A DNA stretch of 64,000 nucleotides from Diplonema japonicum (Eukaryota > Protista > Euglenozoa: Diplonemea). How positions within the stretch are numbered: position 1 is the stretch's first letter; each line of letters begins with the position of its first letter. The stretch is from the NCBI GenBank assembly GCA_964019335.1, contig OZ025730.1:124001-188000 (forward strand). Reading direction: 5' to 3'. Positions 1-12,430 of this stretch are shown here, in pieces. The translations under genes were made by a program, and so were the position numbers. Under the pieces are notes generated by a model. The model saw only the letters and a program-made list of their open reading frames with translations, was not told the DNA's origin and searched no databases.

Positions 1-657
1 AACTAGATTTCGAAGGGTCGCGTTGCTGGCCAGCCCGTTTCCAAGGGACATTACACTTGATGATTCCACAGGAAGTGAGCCCCCACCGATGCATAGCTCC
101 ACGGTGACGAGTCCTGTGTTTTTGCACAGAGTGTCGCCAAGAGCAGCAAGGGATGCGGAACCTAAAATGTTACCATCCACCTTCAGTGTTTTTAGTGTGT
201 TGTTCGAGTCACGTAACGATTCACAAATATCTGTGAAACCCGTATCGGTTATATTGTTGTGGGAAATTGATAGGTATTGCATCGTGCTGCAGCTTGGTGC
301 ACGGAGAGCTCGTGATACGGCGGTTGCTCCCTCGTCGCCGAAGCCTCGGCTGATTAGTTCTAATCGTTTGAGTGAGTGTGTTGTGCTGAGCCGCATTGCG
401 ATTTTTCGCACGTCGTTGCCCCCCAGTGCCCCGCTGTTTTTTTGACAGCCCGGTCGATATTCCCAGCTGGAACCGCCGATGCAAGGTATGCTCGAGACCC
501 CGCTGTTAAGGTCAGCGATGATGCTCGAGACGCATTTCGGGTTGTTCTTCTCCTTGATTTTCAGCTCCCTCCGCTTCTTGCTCTTCATCGCTACGGAGGT
601 GGGGCTGGTGTCCTCCTCCATCATCTCATTTTGTACGCACACACAGTGGTTGCCCAT
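1..657 (-). CDS. RNI-like leucine-rich repeat protein (5' part; runs off the left edge)
   Basis: ATG at 657 follows an A-rich leader and the frame is open to position 1. My translation gives MGNHCVC... and LRR-like segments LKRLELISRGFGDEGATAVSRAL, MQYLSISHNNITDTG and LKTLKVDGNILG. It is absent from the ORF track because no stop lies in the window. Confidence 0.75.
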   Translation of the reverse strand, partial: MGNHCVCVQNEMMEEDTSPTSVAMKSKKRRELKIKEKNNPKCVSSIIADLNSGVSSIPCIGGSSWEYRPGCQKNSGALGGNDVRKIAMRLSTTHSLKRLELISRGFGDEGATAVSRALRAPSCSTMQYLSISHNNITDTGFTDICESLRDSNNTLKTLKVDGNILGSASLAALGDTLCKNTGLVTVELCIGGGSLPVESSSVMSLGNGLASNATLRNLV

Positions 658-848
658 TTTCTTTTTTTTTTTTGTGTTTTTGTTTTTTGTTCCCCCCCTC
701 CCCTCACACACACACACACACCTCCCGGCGGGGTTCTGTGTTTTTTTTTTTTTTTTTTTTTTTTGTAATTTAAAAAAAAAAAACTTTTATATAAATATAA
801 GAGAAGAGTTAGTCGTTTCTTTGAGCGAAAAGAATATAATATATATAT

Positions 849-2428
849 GGGTCGATTTCAAAAACCCCCCCCCAAAATGAGGCCAACTGACACTTTCGTT
901 GCATCTTTGGGCATGCCGCCCCCTTTAAAAAAAATTCTCCATATTTCCCGGCCCATATTAGGAAAGAACCCGGGTCAGAAATCGCTCAAGGGTGCTATTT
1001 TGACCTATGAAAAATTCAGTCTTAGGGTCAAAATCGGGTTTTAGTGGTTTTGGTAAAGTCAGAGAGTATGCTTTCAATAGCAAGAAATAGCGAAACTCAC
1101 TGCTAGAAGGTGGCTGAAATGATGTTGGAAGTGGAAACCTTCATTTCCTAGTCTTCTGCGGCTGAGATGTGCTGCTGCTGAGTGGGCGACCTCGTTTCTT
1201 TTTCATACTATTAGGCCTTCTACCGCATTTTGGGGGGGTTTTAAGAGGCTCATTCATAGGTGTACTTGGTGCTTTGGGCTTGTCATGGGGTGGCGAGTAT
1301 TTTCGTAATTTGGTTACTATTCTTTCTCGTTTTTCAAGTCCGGGAAGGCTATCAGGAACGTCCTCATACTCATCACAAGATTCATAGACTGGGGGCCTTT
1401 TCTCTGCCCTGTCTGCATCGAGTTCTTTGATGATGTACTTTAGTTCTTTCTAGCTCGTGGACCCGCACGTAGCAAATACACCCTCCGGTGTGCTCCTGAG
1501 CTCATATGCACCTGTAAAATCCGGAAACTCAAGAATTTTCTTTTTGTACGGGCCAAAGACATCAGTAACTACATGCACGGCACACCGTATCGTATTGGTG
1601 ATGTTAGCTATTTGTTCCACAGTTTTAATTGTTGTGGAACGAGGCACCCAAAACCAAACACGAGAGAGCACACCAAAGTGGCTGTCCCTGTTGTTTTTGC
1701 CGTGTTTCTCCCCCAGAAACCACAGGGAAAACGTCCGATCGGGATATACATAACGAAGACCAAAAAGAACAAAGTAGCAAAATTCCTTTGCACGAAAGTG
1801 ACGTCCACCGTCAGTCCAGAGTATCCACTCCATTTTTTTCTTTATTTTTTTCTGTGCCCATGCTACTGTGGAACAAGACTTTTCCAACAGTAAGGCCAGC
1901 TGCCCTTATTTCATCATGTGTGATGTGGTCAAGCCTCATGCCTCTGACCAATTGGCGCCGTGTGGTGTCTTGTTGGCTACTAAATCAACCAGAAAATGAC
2001 AGCAGAAGTGCCGCTAGAAGTTCCCTTTTACACACCACTTCACAAACTAGTGCAGCACAGTCGTTGCCACTGAGCTTCTCAAAAACCTCTGTGGCGAGTG
2101 TCCTGATCGCCGTGGTGTTCCCATTTACCCTTTCTCGGTCCGAATACCATTTTTTTTTACCCCTAGCTTCTCAACAGCAAGTTTAAAAGCATCCATTTTT
2201 GTCACCCCCTCTTTTACTGAATTTGTGCAAAGTGAAAAAACCCATTTTTGCCCCTAGGACTGAATTTTCTGGGTACTAGTAACACTCACTTTCCCATTTT
2301 CTGGGGCGTTTTCTTTCCTAACCTGGGCCGGGAAAGTTGTAGAATTTTTTTTCTTTGGGAAAAAGTACTTAGAGAAATATTGAAAGTGTCAATTGGCCTC
2401 ATTTTGGGGGGGTTTTTGAAACGATGCC
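849..2428 (-). mobile_element. Non-autonomous TIR DNA transposon, Sola-like, copy 1
   Basis: Imperfect ~50-bp TIRs (GGGTCGATTTCAAAAACCCC...GGCCAACTGACACTTTC / GAAAGTGTCAATTGGCCTC...GAAACGATGCC) with ATAT on both flanks. A near-identical inverted copy lies at 18950-20538. The Sola assignment is tentative (AWWT-type 4-bp TSD and DDE motifs). Confidence 0.8.
1450..1887 (-). pseudogene. Internally deleted DDE transposase fragment
   Basis: Motifs LWTDGGRHF and EKHGKNNRDSHFG resemble the WSDG.. / HGK...D..G catalytic segments of Sola-type transposases. There is no long upstream ORF. The same fragment occurs at 19495-19932 (+). Confidence 0.6.
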
Positions 2429-3577
2429 ATATAAAAAAAAAGAGAGGAGAGGGGTGTTGTTGTGTTGCAGTTTTTCTTTTTTTTTTCTTCCTCCCTGGAG
2501 GAAAAGTACTGTAAAGGCCTCTCTTTTAAGTATTTTCTAGCACAAAATCTAAAAAAGGGCCTACTATAAAAAAAAAAAAAAAAAAAAAAGAAATCATCAA
2601 GGTGTTGAAGTTGCTGATCCATCAGGCCGTTGTTGTGTTGTGCTTGGGTCTGAATACAGGCTGACTTGGTGTGATGCACTGCAGCTGCCCAGCACTCTCG
2701 CTTGCCCACTACCGGTATGATGGTGCTGGTTACCGTGATGGGACGACTTAGGGGTGCAGTTCCTCCCCATAGGTTTGTTCCCAAAGTTAAAAAAAAAAAA
2801 AAGAGTCAGTTGGTTGTTGTTTGTGCACAGCCGGGGTTAACCTGTAGCCACTGCTCTTTTTAGCACTAACAATTCATTATCAATATATTGTTTTTCTTGT
2901 TCATGCAAAAAATAGGGCCTGTTTATTTCACACCCAGAGGGGTGAATAAATCAGAATCACTTTGGCTGGGCACACCCCCCCGTACGTGAAATTGTAAACT
3001 CCCTTTTTTTTTCTTTCTTTCTTTTTCTTTTTCTTTTTTTTTTGCACATATAAAATTGGTAAGTACAAGCGTTTTTTTTTTTCTCTTTTTTGTTTAGTTG
3101 TGTCCCCCCCCCCCCATTTTCTCTTTTTTTGGAAAAAGCAGGATAATCCTCTCCTCCCTTAAGGGAAATATGTAACAATCTTGCGCCGGAAAAAGAGGGG
3201 AAAAAAAAAAAAAAGAGAAAAGAAAAGAGAAGACGGTGAAATCAATCGCCGTAAGAGCTAGTGGCAGCATACGGGCGATTCATACCTTTCAATGATCACA
3301 GACAGGGAATTTGCTTTTGCGTAATAATTTGAACGGGACAAGGAAAAAGAAAAATTGGCATCAATTTTTCTCCTTGATCCGAGAACCCCCCTTTACTGCA
3401 ATTGCTGATTTCTTATCATTTTTTTCTTATCATTTTTTTTTTTTTTCCCCTTTTTTTTTAAAAGGCTGCACGAGAAAGTACAAAAAAAAAAAAAAAAAAA
3501 AAAGATGTCCTTCAAGGGAACTCGTAGAATGTGACATAATAAAAAAAAAAACCCCCAAGAAAAAAAAAAAAAAAAAA

Positions 3578-5210
3578 GAGAGACATTTAAGAGTACCTGC
3601 GGTATGTGGCAGGACGCCTGAAGAGTCTCAATCTATCTCTTGATCGAACCTTTCTGCTGTGGTGTGGCCTTCGGCCCCTCGTTCACCCTCCTCGGTACCT
3701 TAGGTATAAAACCCTCAACCGAGTTGGTAAGGACACAATAGTTGTACAGTTGTTTCTCAAGGATGTGGCGGGTCACCGGGGAGGCGAATACCGGTCTAGA
3801 GGAGTAGCCCCTTACGGAGCTGTTGTAGTAACCCAACGTGCGCAGGGAGTGGACAGAAACTACTGACGCAGCTGGGATGAGGGGCGCTATGCCCTTACTG
3901 GTGTGGATGCGTTCTAGTGCCGTTATCACCCGGCCTATTACACGCGCGCTCACTTGGATGTCCTCACCCTCTTCACAAGGTGAGAGTCCCACCGTGGCAA
4001 TGAAGTCTATGGCCAGCTCAAGCCTGGAGACCTGTCCACCTGTCGTGCCCCAGTGAAGGGCAGAGAGCCATCGGATGACGTGCGGGATGAGCCGTGGGAG
4101 GCACTGTTGCCTCAAACCATTGTCGTAGTACCACCTCAGTGACCGTGGCTTGAGCAAACTCCCCTTCTCGAAAGGCCTGTTCCACAGGTGAACGCTGAAG
4201 TCCATCGTCTTTTTCCGTGCAAAGGTGAGTTGTAAGCTACCAGTGATCTCCGCCATCATCAGCTGCAACTCGGCAGTGTCCAGCCCGAGTCCCACTGTCG
4301 CGATGCCGTGCAGTTGCGTGCACCGGGGCCACTGGTTACGTTGTGTGCACAGCGCTGCCCGCGTCTCGGAAGCTGTCCTGATGTGCTCGTGCGCCTGACA
4401 GTCCCAGAGGGTGTGCTCCAGGAGTCTCGCCGTGTGTTCCGAAATGTCGAAAGTAGCGTCGCAGCCCATGCATTTCGTCCGCCCCCCGACCGTGTCGTTG
4501 ATAATCTTGGGGTGGAACGGGAAAACAGCCCCAGTTATCACTTGCAGGACCCTTCGTGCTTTGGGAGGGTTGCGGTTCGCCAGGTGCAGGTGTAGCCCGT
4601 TGGTTGCCACTTCGTCGATGTCGCCCGTCCCCTGAAAGGAGGGTCTGCTCTCCACGAGGTTCGCTCGCAGGTGGACCTTCAGGAGCTTCCTGACCTCATG
4701 CTTCAGTGCCCCAGGCTCTAGGGGGACCCATTGCCGCGCGAAATGCGCCCAGCTGGACCCTAGTTCCTCCAGCAGCTCGTGGGTCTGTCCGAGTATCCCG
4801 CGCGGGGCGAGGGGGTTTCCGTTCCGGGCGGCCTCCTTGTAGCCGTCTCTGCACGCCCTGACGAGTGAACTGGACTCACCGTCGCTCCTCATCATCCGCG
4901 CAAACGTTGTGATCCTGCGGTATGCGGCTGCTGAGTACGGGTCCAGCCTGTGTCCTTTGAAAGCCACCCCGAGGAGGGCGCCTGACGAGCGTGTTGGGTT
5001 GTGTGGGCCCCATATGCAAGAGGTAATCTTCTTCCTGAGGGAGTCCAAGAGCGAGTCCGTGGGTGGTGTGTAGAGCACTCCGTAGAGCGCCGCAGGTAGG
5101 ATGCAGTCTTCTATCAGTTGGGCCTTACGCGTTCTCGTGATTTGGGTCACTGTGAGCCTGTCGACAGCATCCAGCGCCGTGGCGATCCTTGTGTTCTTCG
5201 TCCTGGTGGG
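3578..5210 (-). mobile_element. 5'-truncated non-LTR retrotransposon (post-RT region of ORF2; relative of the 27.8-34.3 kb element)
   Basis: ORF 3633-5249 aligns by eye with the ORF2 C-terminus: ILPAALYG/IMPGLLYS, CIWGPH/CLWGPH, HRLDP/HRVDP, HTLWDC/HQLWEC, WLSALHW/WLAALRW, ELAIDF/ELAIDF, QKGSIKR/QKGSIIR. Sense-strand T runs flank both ends. Confidence 0.85.
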
Positions 5211-5454
5211 AAAAAAAAAATCCTGAAATCCTGAAGTGAAAAATGTCAAACTTACAAATTCCCAGACATCAAAAAAAAACCCCCCCCCGTGGCCTTAGTG
5301 GCCTTCAAGAAGACCTCCATCCCCCCCCCATTTTTTTAATAACATTAACCCATAGCACCCCAAGGCGCAAATATTTGAATTTACTGCATTTCATGCTACG
5401 GTTTCATGCATCACTTTACCTTGCTATCCACCCACCATGGGTTTTAAAAAAAAA

Positions 5455-5494
5455 TTCACTATGATAGGAACGAAGTGGTTAGCAACGGCCCGCC
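5455..5494 (-). repeat. 40-bp exact copy of the 3' terminus of the 27.8-kb retrotransposon
   Basis: TTCACTATGATAGGAACGAAGTGGTTAGCAACGGCCCGCC is identical to 27817-27856. A diverged copy lies at 6241-6269. Confidence 0.85.
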
Positions 5495-7165
5495 AAAAAA
5501 AAAAAAAAAAGAAAGGGCCTGCAAAACTCGGATAGGTGTAAGAATTTTTTTCCGCAGCACAACTTTGCCCTACCGTGTGATAAATAAGAGAGGTTAGTAA
5601 GAGGAGTGGGGGGGGGGGGGGGTGATTAAAATTAGTAAAGGCATAATGCATAACAAAAGGGGGCTATAAGTACTCGGACCCTTACTCCCGAACGGTCTTC
5701 GGGCCCGAACTTTTTTTTGAAACACGTTGCCAACGTTCCCCTTTTGTTTAGACAAGTCAAAAAAGAAATATAATAAAATACGAGATAAAGGAAGCCAGTA
5801 GTGCTGGTGGCGCCCTGCACAAGCACTGCCTACTTGATTATATGGGGGGCGCTCCTCGGCCGAGCTGTAGCTGTAGGTGTGCAGCTCAACCCCAGCGGCG
5901 CCCCGGGTAACCAAGATTCTGAGCTCGTGCAGTTTGCTGCCTGTTTGTCACCGACAAAGAGGTCAACAGCGAACAACACTATGATGGACTTCTTTATATC
6001 TCATGTTTATCACCGCCTTAAAAAAAAAAATGAAAGTCATAAAAAACTACCCCCCCCCCCAAGCCCAAAAAAAAAGAAGAAAAAGGTCAAAACCCGGTCG
6101 ATCAAAATAGCAATTCTGTTTCCTAATGGAGGGCTGCTTAGAGACTTTGGGGGCATTAAAACTGTGATTCCAGCCTGCCACCGAATCTGCTAATATTTTA
6201 ATGGGGTTCGTGAGAGGGCAAAAAAAAATAATTTAATATAATAGGAACGAGGTGTTTGCAACGGCCCGCGAAACGGGGGGGGGGGGGGGAAAGAAAAAAG
6301 CCCTCACTTTGACTCGCTTAAGGGGAGGGGGAATTTCGGTGTGCGGGTGGGTGCTCACCGTTCAGGAAAAAAAATGAAGCCGGTAAAAGATGGAGCATTT
6401 TGGCAATTGTTGTTCTTTCTTTCTTTTTTTTTTTTTTTTTTTAAAGTTCTATTTCTTTCACTCCCGGTCCTGCCTGCCCGTTAAGTTTAGCGAATAACTG
6501 GCTGGAGAAAAGGATGCGTTCAACAGTATTTGTATTCCTTCTTCGTGGTTCTCTGTGCCAGTAAAAGGCAAGGGGGGGGGGGACAAAGTGGCAAGTGGGT
6601 CTCTCTCTTCCACTTTTAAATATGAAACAAGGTTTTTTTCCCCCCCCTCAAAGTGGGCAAGGAAAGGGGAAGAGAGCCTCCCCCTCCCAAATCTTTTTTT
6701 TTCCCCCACCGAGACACTCCTAAGTTCGCATCAAAACACAATAAATGGAGCAGTAAAGAAAAAAAGAGTAAAGTTATAATAACACCCCCCCCCCCCCCCC
6801 TTTTAGGATGACTTGAAACTGCTATTTTGTCAAAAACAATGGCAGGATGGATTTACCTTGCTCCTGTCCTTTTGGCTGCAGTAGGCAAATCACGGGGCTG
6901 TGATAAGAACAGAAAAGAAAAAAAAAAGTCAAAACTGCCTCGGAAAAAAAAAAAAAAACTGACATTTTGAAAACCTCCTGTGAAGCCCCTTTAGAATGCT
7001 TGACGGGTTTCCAGAGAGACGCAGCATAGAAAAAAAGAAAAAAAAATAAACCCAACTAGGCTACGTTTAAAGCCTTGCCCCCCCCCCCCCCACTCACATG
7101 TATATATCCCCCCCCCCCCCCCCCCGTTACTTTTTTGGGCCAGATTTTTTTTTTCCTCCTCCTTT

Positions 7166-8404
7166 TCACACCCTGGCAACCTCCTCACACCAAGTGCAAA
7201 CCTCGTCCTCGCAACCCTCAGCCCACACATGGTGGTGGCTTTCCTTCACAGCCGCTAGGGCTTCTCTTGAAACGGTGCCAAGGAAATCCCGTATAGCAGT
7301 GTGAACGGTGTCGAACGTCTCAGACCGAGAAAGACAGGACGGGGTCAACAGGAAGGCGCCTCTAGGAAGCAGTTGCAGCGATGCGACCAGTGTTTCGGTG
7401 CTCGGAGGGTGGGCCGCGAGCGTGGCGAGGATTGCAGTGAAGAAGACAATAGGACACCCGTTGGTCCGCGAGCGAGATTGAAAATCAATGGTGGCGGACA
7501 CCTTCTGCAGAAAAGCCACCGCATCCCACTCAATAGCCTTTGCTATGATATCAGCGTCCTGGTTAAGGTTCGACAGAGGAAGACTAGTCCCAGGCGTGCT
7601 CAGGAAAATCCCTTTTTCCTCCAACTCTTGAAGGGAACCCTTTTCAATTGAATCTCGAGAAGACGCGAGCAATCCGGTCAGAGACCCTCCCCAGTTCTCC
7701 ACAACACCTTTCCGGCATTTCACGCACTCAAACGTTGATTGGAAAATCAACGCCGGCGGCCATTCTGACCCTCCTACCGCAGAGGTACAAGTGGGTACAG
7801 ACCATCCTGCTTCTTTTTTGGCGATAAGCAGCTCATCGTGAAGCAATCGGAGGTCAGAGGCACCTGTAGGGCTTCTCGAGGATATTTGAACACCCTCTGC
7901 AAGGACTATGTCGAAACCGCGATTTACAAAAAAGGACATGAAATGGTATGACGTGCCTCTGCACACCCACAACGGTCTGTTGTTGGAGGTAATTGTTGTG
8001 TGTTTGTGCGTCATTTCAACGTCAAGAGTGGTGTACCCTCCCGAGCTGGTGAGGATGGGCGGGCAGAAGTCCCACTTCATGGTTTTTTTTACCGTTTTTT
8101 TGTCGTGGCCGTCGGATGTTTTGCTGTATTTCCGTAGAACTGCGAGTTTTCCGTATGTCCAGTCCCCTGGGTGGGAGCACCCTGGGGTGCACCCGCAACT
8201 GCTTTTTGCCGTCATTTTCGTGTATTTTAACAAGATACCGTGTTCGCCCAGACACCTCTTTTCATCAGCACTCAAGAACTTGCACACCACCCCCATCACG
8301 TCTGCAGGGATTTTACTCGGCATGCCCATACCGCTCCCGTAGTGACCTGCAAGCTGCGCCTTTCCCAAAGGCTGCTGTGGCCGTGGAAGATCTTCAATGT
8401 TCAT
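7166..8404 (-). CDS. Hypothetical protein, possible F-box-like N-terminus
   Basis: 412-aa ORF with the ATG directly after a poly-A leader. IPADVMGVVCKFLSADEKRCL weakly resembles an F-box motif. Confidence 0.6.
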   Translation of the reverse strand: MNIEDLPRPQQPLGKAQLAGHYGSGMGMPSKIPADVMGVVCKFLSADEKRCLGEHGILLKYTKMTAKSSCGCTPGCSHPGDWTYGKLAVLRKYSKTSDGHDKKTVKKTMKWDFCPPILTSSGGYTTLDVEMTHKHTTITSNNRPLWVCRGTSYHFMSFFVNRGFDIVLAEGVQISSRSPTGASDLRLLHDELLIAKKEAGWSVPTCTSAVGGSEWPPALIFQSTFECVKCRKGVVENWGGSLTGLLASSRDSIEKGSLQELEEKGIFLSTPGTSLPLSNLNQDADIIAKAIEWDAVAFLQKVSATIDFQSRSRTNGCPIVFFTAILATLAAHPPSTETLVASLQLLPRGAFLLTPSCLSRSETFDTVHTAIRDFLGTVSREALAAVKESHHHVWAEGCEDEVCTWCEEVARV

Positions 8405-9179
8405 TTTTTTTTTTTTTTTTTTCCCTAATAAAAAAAATTTTTTTTCTCTATATTGAAACCAGGGGAATATAAGATTTGAAAGAGAGGGATATGTATTCGA
8501 AATAAAAAAAGAAGAAAAAGTGTGAGAAAAAAAAAAAGAAAAGGAAGGGAAAAGGGGAGAGAAAACACGAAGCAGAGGACAGGAGAATAATCCATGCCTT
8601 TTTGGAGAATCTAATCATCCGTTGCCTCCACATTTTCTTTTCTTTTTTTTTTCCCTCTCCCCCCTCCCATATAAATACCCCCTCCTTTTTTTTTTTCCCC
8701 CACCTCTTTTCCTTTTATTTTTTTTATTTTTTTCCTTTTTTCTTGAGGTTAGAAATGAAAAATGAAAGAGAGAAACAAGAGTTTAAGCGTTAACAAAAAA
8801 ATAAGAGATGAGATAAAGGAGGTCCCTGTTTTAGAACGTCCCCCTTGTCTCTCTACTTATCTACTCCTTTTCTCCCTTCTGGGGCCTCGGCCTTTCTTTC
8901 TTTTTCGGCAAATAAATAATAATAATGCAAGATGAGCAAGAATTTTCTTTTAAAAAAAAAAAAATGCGGAGAATAATTTTTCTTTTTTTAAAAAAAAAGT
9001 GGGGTTCTGTTTTTTTTAACTATTTTTCGTTTTTTCGTTTTTCTTTTAAAAAAAAAAAAAAAAAAACATTAAGGGGATAGGATAAAGTGGTTTTATTTAT
9101 TTTCAAATAAATCAGCATGCTTCCTATGCAATTTCTTTTTTTTTTTTTACACAAAAGAGAAAGAGAAAAAATAATTCTT

Positions 9180-9305
9180 TATGACTATATGTCTTTGTTG
9201 TTCGCGCGAGCAAACAAGATTTTTAAAAAGCTGCGAAAGTTTTTTGCTCGGCACAAGTTGCATATAGTTATAAAATCATTTTTTGAAAGATAAATATTTG
9301 TAACA
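9180..9305. repeat. ~125-bp dispersed foldback repeat (MITE-like)
   Basis: Nested inverted repeats ACTATATG/CATATAGT and CGAGCAAA/TTTGCTCG. Copies at ~24445-25835 (split by piggyBac) and, diverged, at ~54843-54925. Confidence 0.7.
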
Positions 9306-9335
9306 AAAAAAAAAAGAAAAGAAAAAAAGAAAGGA

Positions 9336-10181
9336 CTAACAACAGCTAATCTTGCAACCGTCCTTGCACGTTGCCTGTTCCAACTCATTAAAATAGACGT
9401 GGTACGTGGACCACCACGACGTGCCCGCAAATGTACATTCGTGCGAACACGTGTTTTTACAGAACAAATAGTTGTTGAGGGGAACAGGCTCCCATTGGTT
9501 GGCGTTGGTGAGCTGCTCCTGAACGGTCCACGAAGCGAAGAAAATCGCTTGGATCGCACCAACATTATTGAACATGGTAATCACGGGGAGGAGGTTCTCC
9601 GCCTGCCAGGACATGGTGGGGGCCGTGGCCACATCGTAAAAATGATGAGTTCCCATGCCTTCGAAACACGACCCGGCAAACCAATTCTTGGACAGAGCCT
9701 CAGCGTGTGTCAACGGTAGACTGTGGTTAGCATTCCCAGGGGAGACCACAACCCTGTCACCAAGGGTGATACCAGTCGCATTGCGAAGTGAGCATGGGTT
9801 TGTTCTGAAGGCAACTCCAACACGATGCTGGTCATGGTTCACCTTCACCCAGAAGCCCATGTCAATGAGTTTCTGTGGAGGTGCTGCTCCAAAAGCATCG
9901 ACACTGTAGCCGCTGGCTTCCCCTGCGGGTGTGAAGTACAATGTTGTGGGGTTGTGTTTGTTGAGGCCTTCCTTACCGTCTGCGTATCCTATGCCGTAGT
10001 TGGGGTCGCAGGTGCCGTTTCCAAGCGGCTTCCAGCCTTTAAGCGTTGCTTCCTGAGCGGTCTTAGGAAGGTCAACGTACTTGGTGTACGTCCTTACGAG
10101 TCTGTCGCCGATCCCCCCGTTGCTCTGAGCGGTTGTCGCCATGGCAGTGCAGAGCAGAACGATGTGTGAAATTGTTTGCAT
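9336..10181 (-). CDS. Secreted hypothetical protein
   Basis: 281-aa ORF with a hydrophobic N-terminal signal-like segment, a Cys-rich C-terminus and a poly-A leader. Confidence 0.75.
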   Translation of the reverse strand: MQTISHIVLLCTAMATTAQSNGGIGDRLVRTYTKYVDLPKTAQEATLKGWKPLGNGTCDPNYGIGYADGKEGLNKHNPTTLYFTPAGEASGYSVDAFGAAPPQKLIDMGFWVKVNHDQHRVGVAFRTNPCSLRNATGITLGDRVVVSPGNANHSLPLTHAEALSKNWFAGSCFEGMGTHHFYDVATAPTMSWQAENLLPVITMFNNVGAIQAIFFASWTVQEQLTNANQWEPVPLNNYLFCKNTCSHECTFAGTSWWSTYHVYFNELEQATCKDGCKISCC

Positions 10182-10222
10182 TTTTTTTTTTTTTTTTTTT
10201 TTGCCAGGAACTTGGTTGAGAG

Positions 10223-10254
<32 letters not shown>

Positions 10255-10916
10255 CATCCAAAGATTCTTTTTTTTAAAAAAAAGGAGGGGGAGGGGGAGC
10301 AGGTTTGAGATGGGAGAATGAAATTTCATTAGTGACAACCTTCTAAAAGAAAAAGGGATGGGTATTTTTTTCCCCCTCTTTTTTTTTTTTTTTTTTTTTT
10401 GGAAAACATGAGCATTTTATAGCTTTTATATCTCCTTCCAATTAAAAAAAAAAAGAAATTTTTTGTTGTAAGCTGCTGCAGATAGCTGCGGCTAGGGTAA
10501 AAAAGAAGAAAAAAAAAATCGAAGAGAAAAAGAAAAAAAAAAAAAAAAAAAAAACCAAACTTATGATCAATTTCCACAAATGAGAAATTGCGGAATAAGT
10601 TAAAAATAAAAACCCCACCGCATTCCATGGAACAGGGAAATGGGAGAATAGATCTTTCCCTGTTCAGGGGCTCAGGCGGGTTCCTCGAACTGCTGCATGC
10701 TGCTCATGGTTCGCTCTAGGGGTTGGTCTTGGACCAGATCTTAAAAAAACAAGAAAATTGGGGCATGAAAATCACTTTTTTTTGTTGGCACTCCCTTGTG
10801 CGCACGAGCGTTATTTTTACCAAATAAAAATCGCTCATTGCGTTCCAACAACACGTTTTTCTTCTTTTCTTTTTAAAAAAAAAAAAAAAAAAAGAAAATC
10901 ACGACAGCAGAACTGG

Positions 10917-10958
<42 letters not shown>

Positions 10959-10992
10959 ATTAAAAAAACAAATCGAAGCAAACATTTGAATC

Positions 10993-11030
<38 letters not shown>

Positions 11031-11099
11031 AAGGGACAAAAGCAACATTGAGAACGAATCAAAGAATACGTGCGATTTTCTTTCTCTCTCTCCCCTCCC

Positions 11100-11624
11100 T
11101 CAGTTCAGGGCTCGAACATTAATTTCATTGATCCAAGCGACCGTCCTAGACAAAGCTGCCTCGCGGAGACGTCGGGGGGTGCTTCCTCTGTAGATGCAGG
11201 CTATGCGGGGTATGACTGTGATAAATTCAATGACCTCTGTTTCCCGTTGCTCCATCGCCTTGAAGACCAGGAACTGCACATTGGGATGTGCGGTAAAAAG
11301 GTTGTTGATTTTTTCTGTGCTGAACTTGTCTACTTCCGATTCGTTCGCGAGGAAAATTCTGTTGTTTCGAGATACCCCGTTTTTCACAGCACGGAGCATT
11401 TGTGAGTTTCCAGGGTCTCTCAGTTCCTCCAAAGTCCAGTTCTGGTGAACATTATCTTTGTCGCCATTCGCCGCCCGCACCACAGCCCCGCTGGCAGCCC
11501 CTGCAGCACCACACACGGCCCCTGTAACCTTCCCCACAATTTCACTGTTTGCTATCTTTCCCGCGGCTGCCCAGGCGGCGCGCATCTCCAAGCTATGCTG
11601 CACACGGGTTGCGAATCTGGCCAT

Positions 11625-11627
<3 letters not shown>
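11100..11627 (-). CDS. Hypothetical protein
   Basis: 175-aa ORF in a GC-richer island, with the ATG after a long A run. Confidence 0.6.
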
Positions 11628-11659
<32 letters not shown>

Positions 11660-11714
11660 CCTACTTTCCCTTTTTTTTTTTTAAAAAATTAGGAACGGGA
11701 CCAAAAAAAATAGC

Positions 11715-12430
11715 TATTTACTGCCAACAAGTAATGACTTTACCGTTACCTCGAGGTTCCGCATTTTACCGTCGAGGGCCCGCAGGGGGTAACCGAGAGG
11801 TCGGTAAAGCATTACTTGGCGGTAGGTAAGTGGTTTTATTTCACGACACTCTGAAATTACACCACGAGGGGCACAACGGGGTGACAAGGGGTACAACAAG
11901 AGAGGGGTTACAAAGGTTACAATACAAGTTGTTTTCCCTCCTTTTGTTGACTAAGAGCTGCCGCTGTCGCTGGCATTGCCACTGTCACCATCTCTAATCA
12001 GGCCTTCCCATACCTGGCGCGGCCGCTGGCTCCTTTTTTTCTGCTGCTTCGGTATTTTGAAGTCATTTGGGGAGCTTGGGTAAGCTGACTAAGTTACCCT
12101 TACCCACAGAAGAGTTACCCCCAGAAACTGGGAACAAGGCCTAGCCAAAAGTGGGCAAATTGGGAGGAAAAAGTAGTCCAACTTGGAACTGAGCCGAGGC
12201 AAAAGTTGGCCAATTGAGCTGAACCTGGGGGGAAATAGCAAACTGAGAGGAAAAAGTAGCCCCACTGGGAACCGAACCGAGGCAAAAATTGGCCTACCGA
12301 GGCATATTATTTAACGGAAACCCCCTATTACTTCACGGAAAACAGGCCATTATTTCACCGTGAAGTAATGAGATTTAGCGTGAAGTAATGGGCCCCAGTG
12401 CGTGAAGTAATTTCTGAAGAGTGAAATAAA
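11715..12430. repeat. Palindrome and tandem-repeat region, probable non-autonomous element (Crypton-like ends)
   Basis: Hairpin at ~11720-11825 (CAAGTAATG..TTTACC / GGTAAA..CATTACTTG), two ~85-bp imperfect direct repeats at ~12160-12295, and clustered GTGAARTAA / TTAYTTCAC motifs at 12327-12428. Confidence 0.45.

Noticed and set aside
2592-2786. GC-richer island possibly coding (also ~5795-6000 and ~38530-38730)
   Set aside because: No convincing start or motif; these could be decayed repeats or exons but cannot be supported from the sequence alone.
5455-5494. Repeated 40-mer as a snRNA/tRNA target site
   Set aside because: It matches no RNA gene I recognise and is simply the 3' UTR end of the LINE.
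12160-12430. Short repeats that might suggest a CRISPR array
   Set aside because: The repeats are degenerate, irregularly spaced and in both orientations, there are no cas genes, and the context is eukaryotic.
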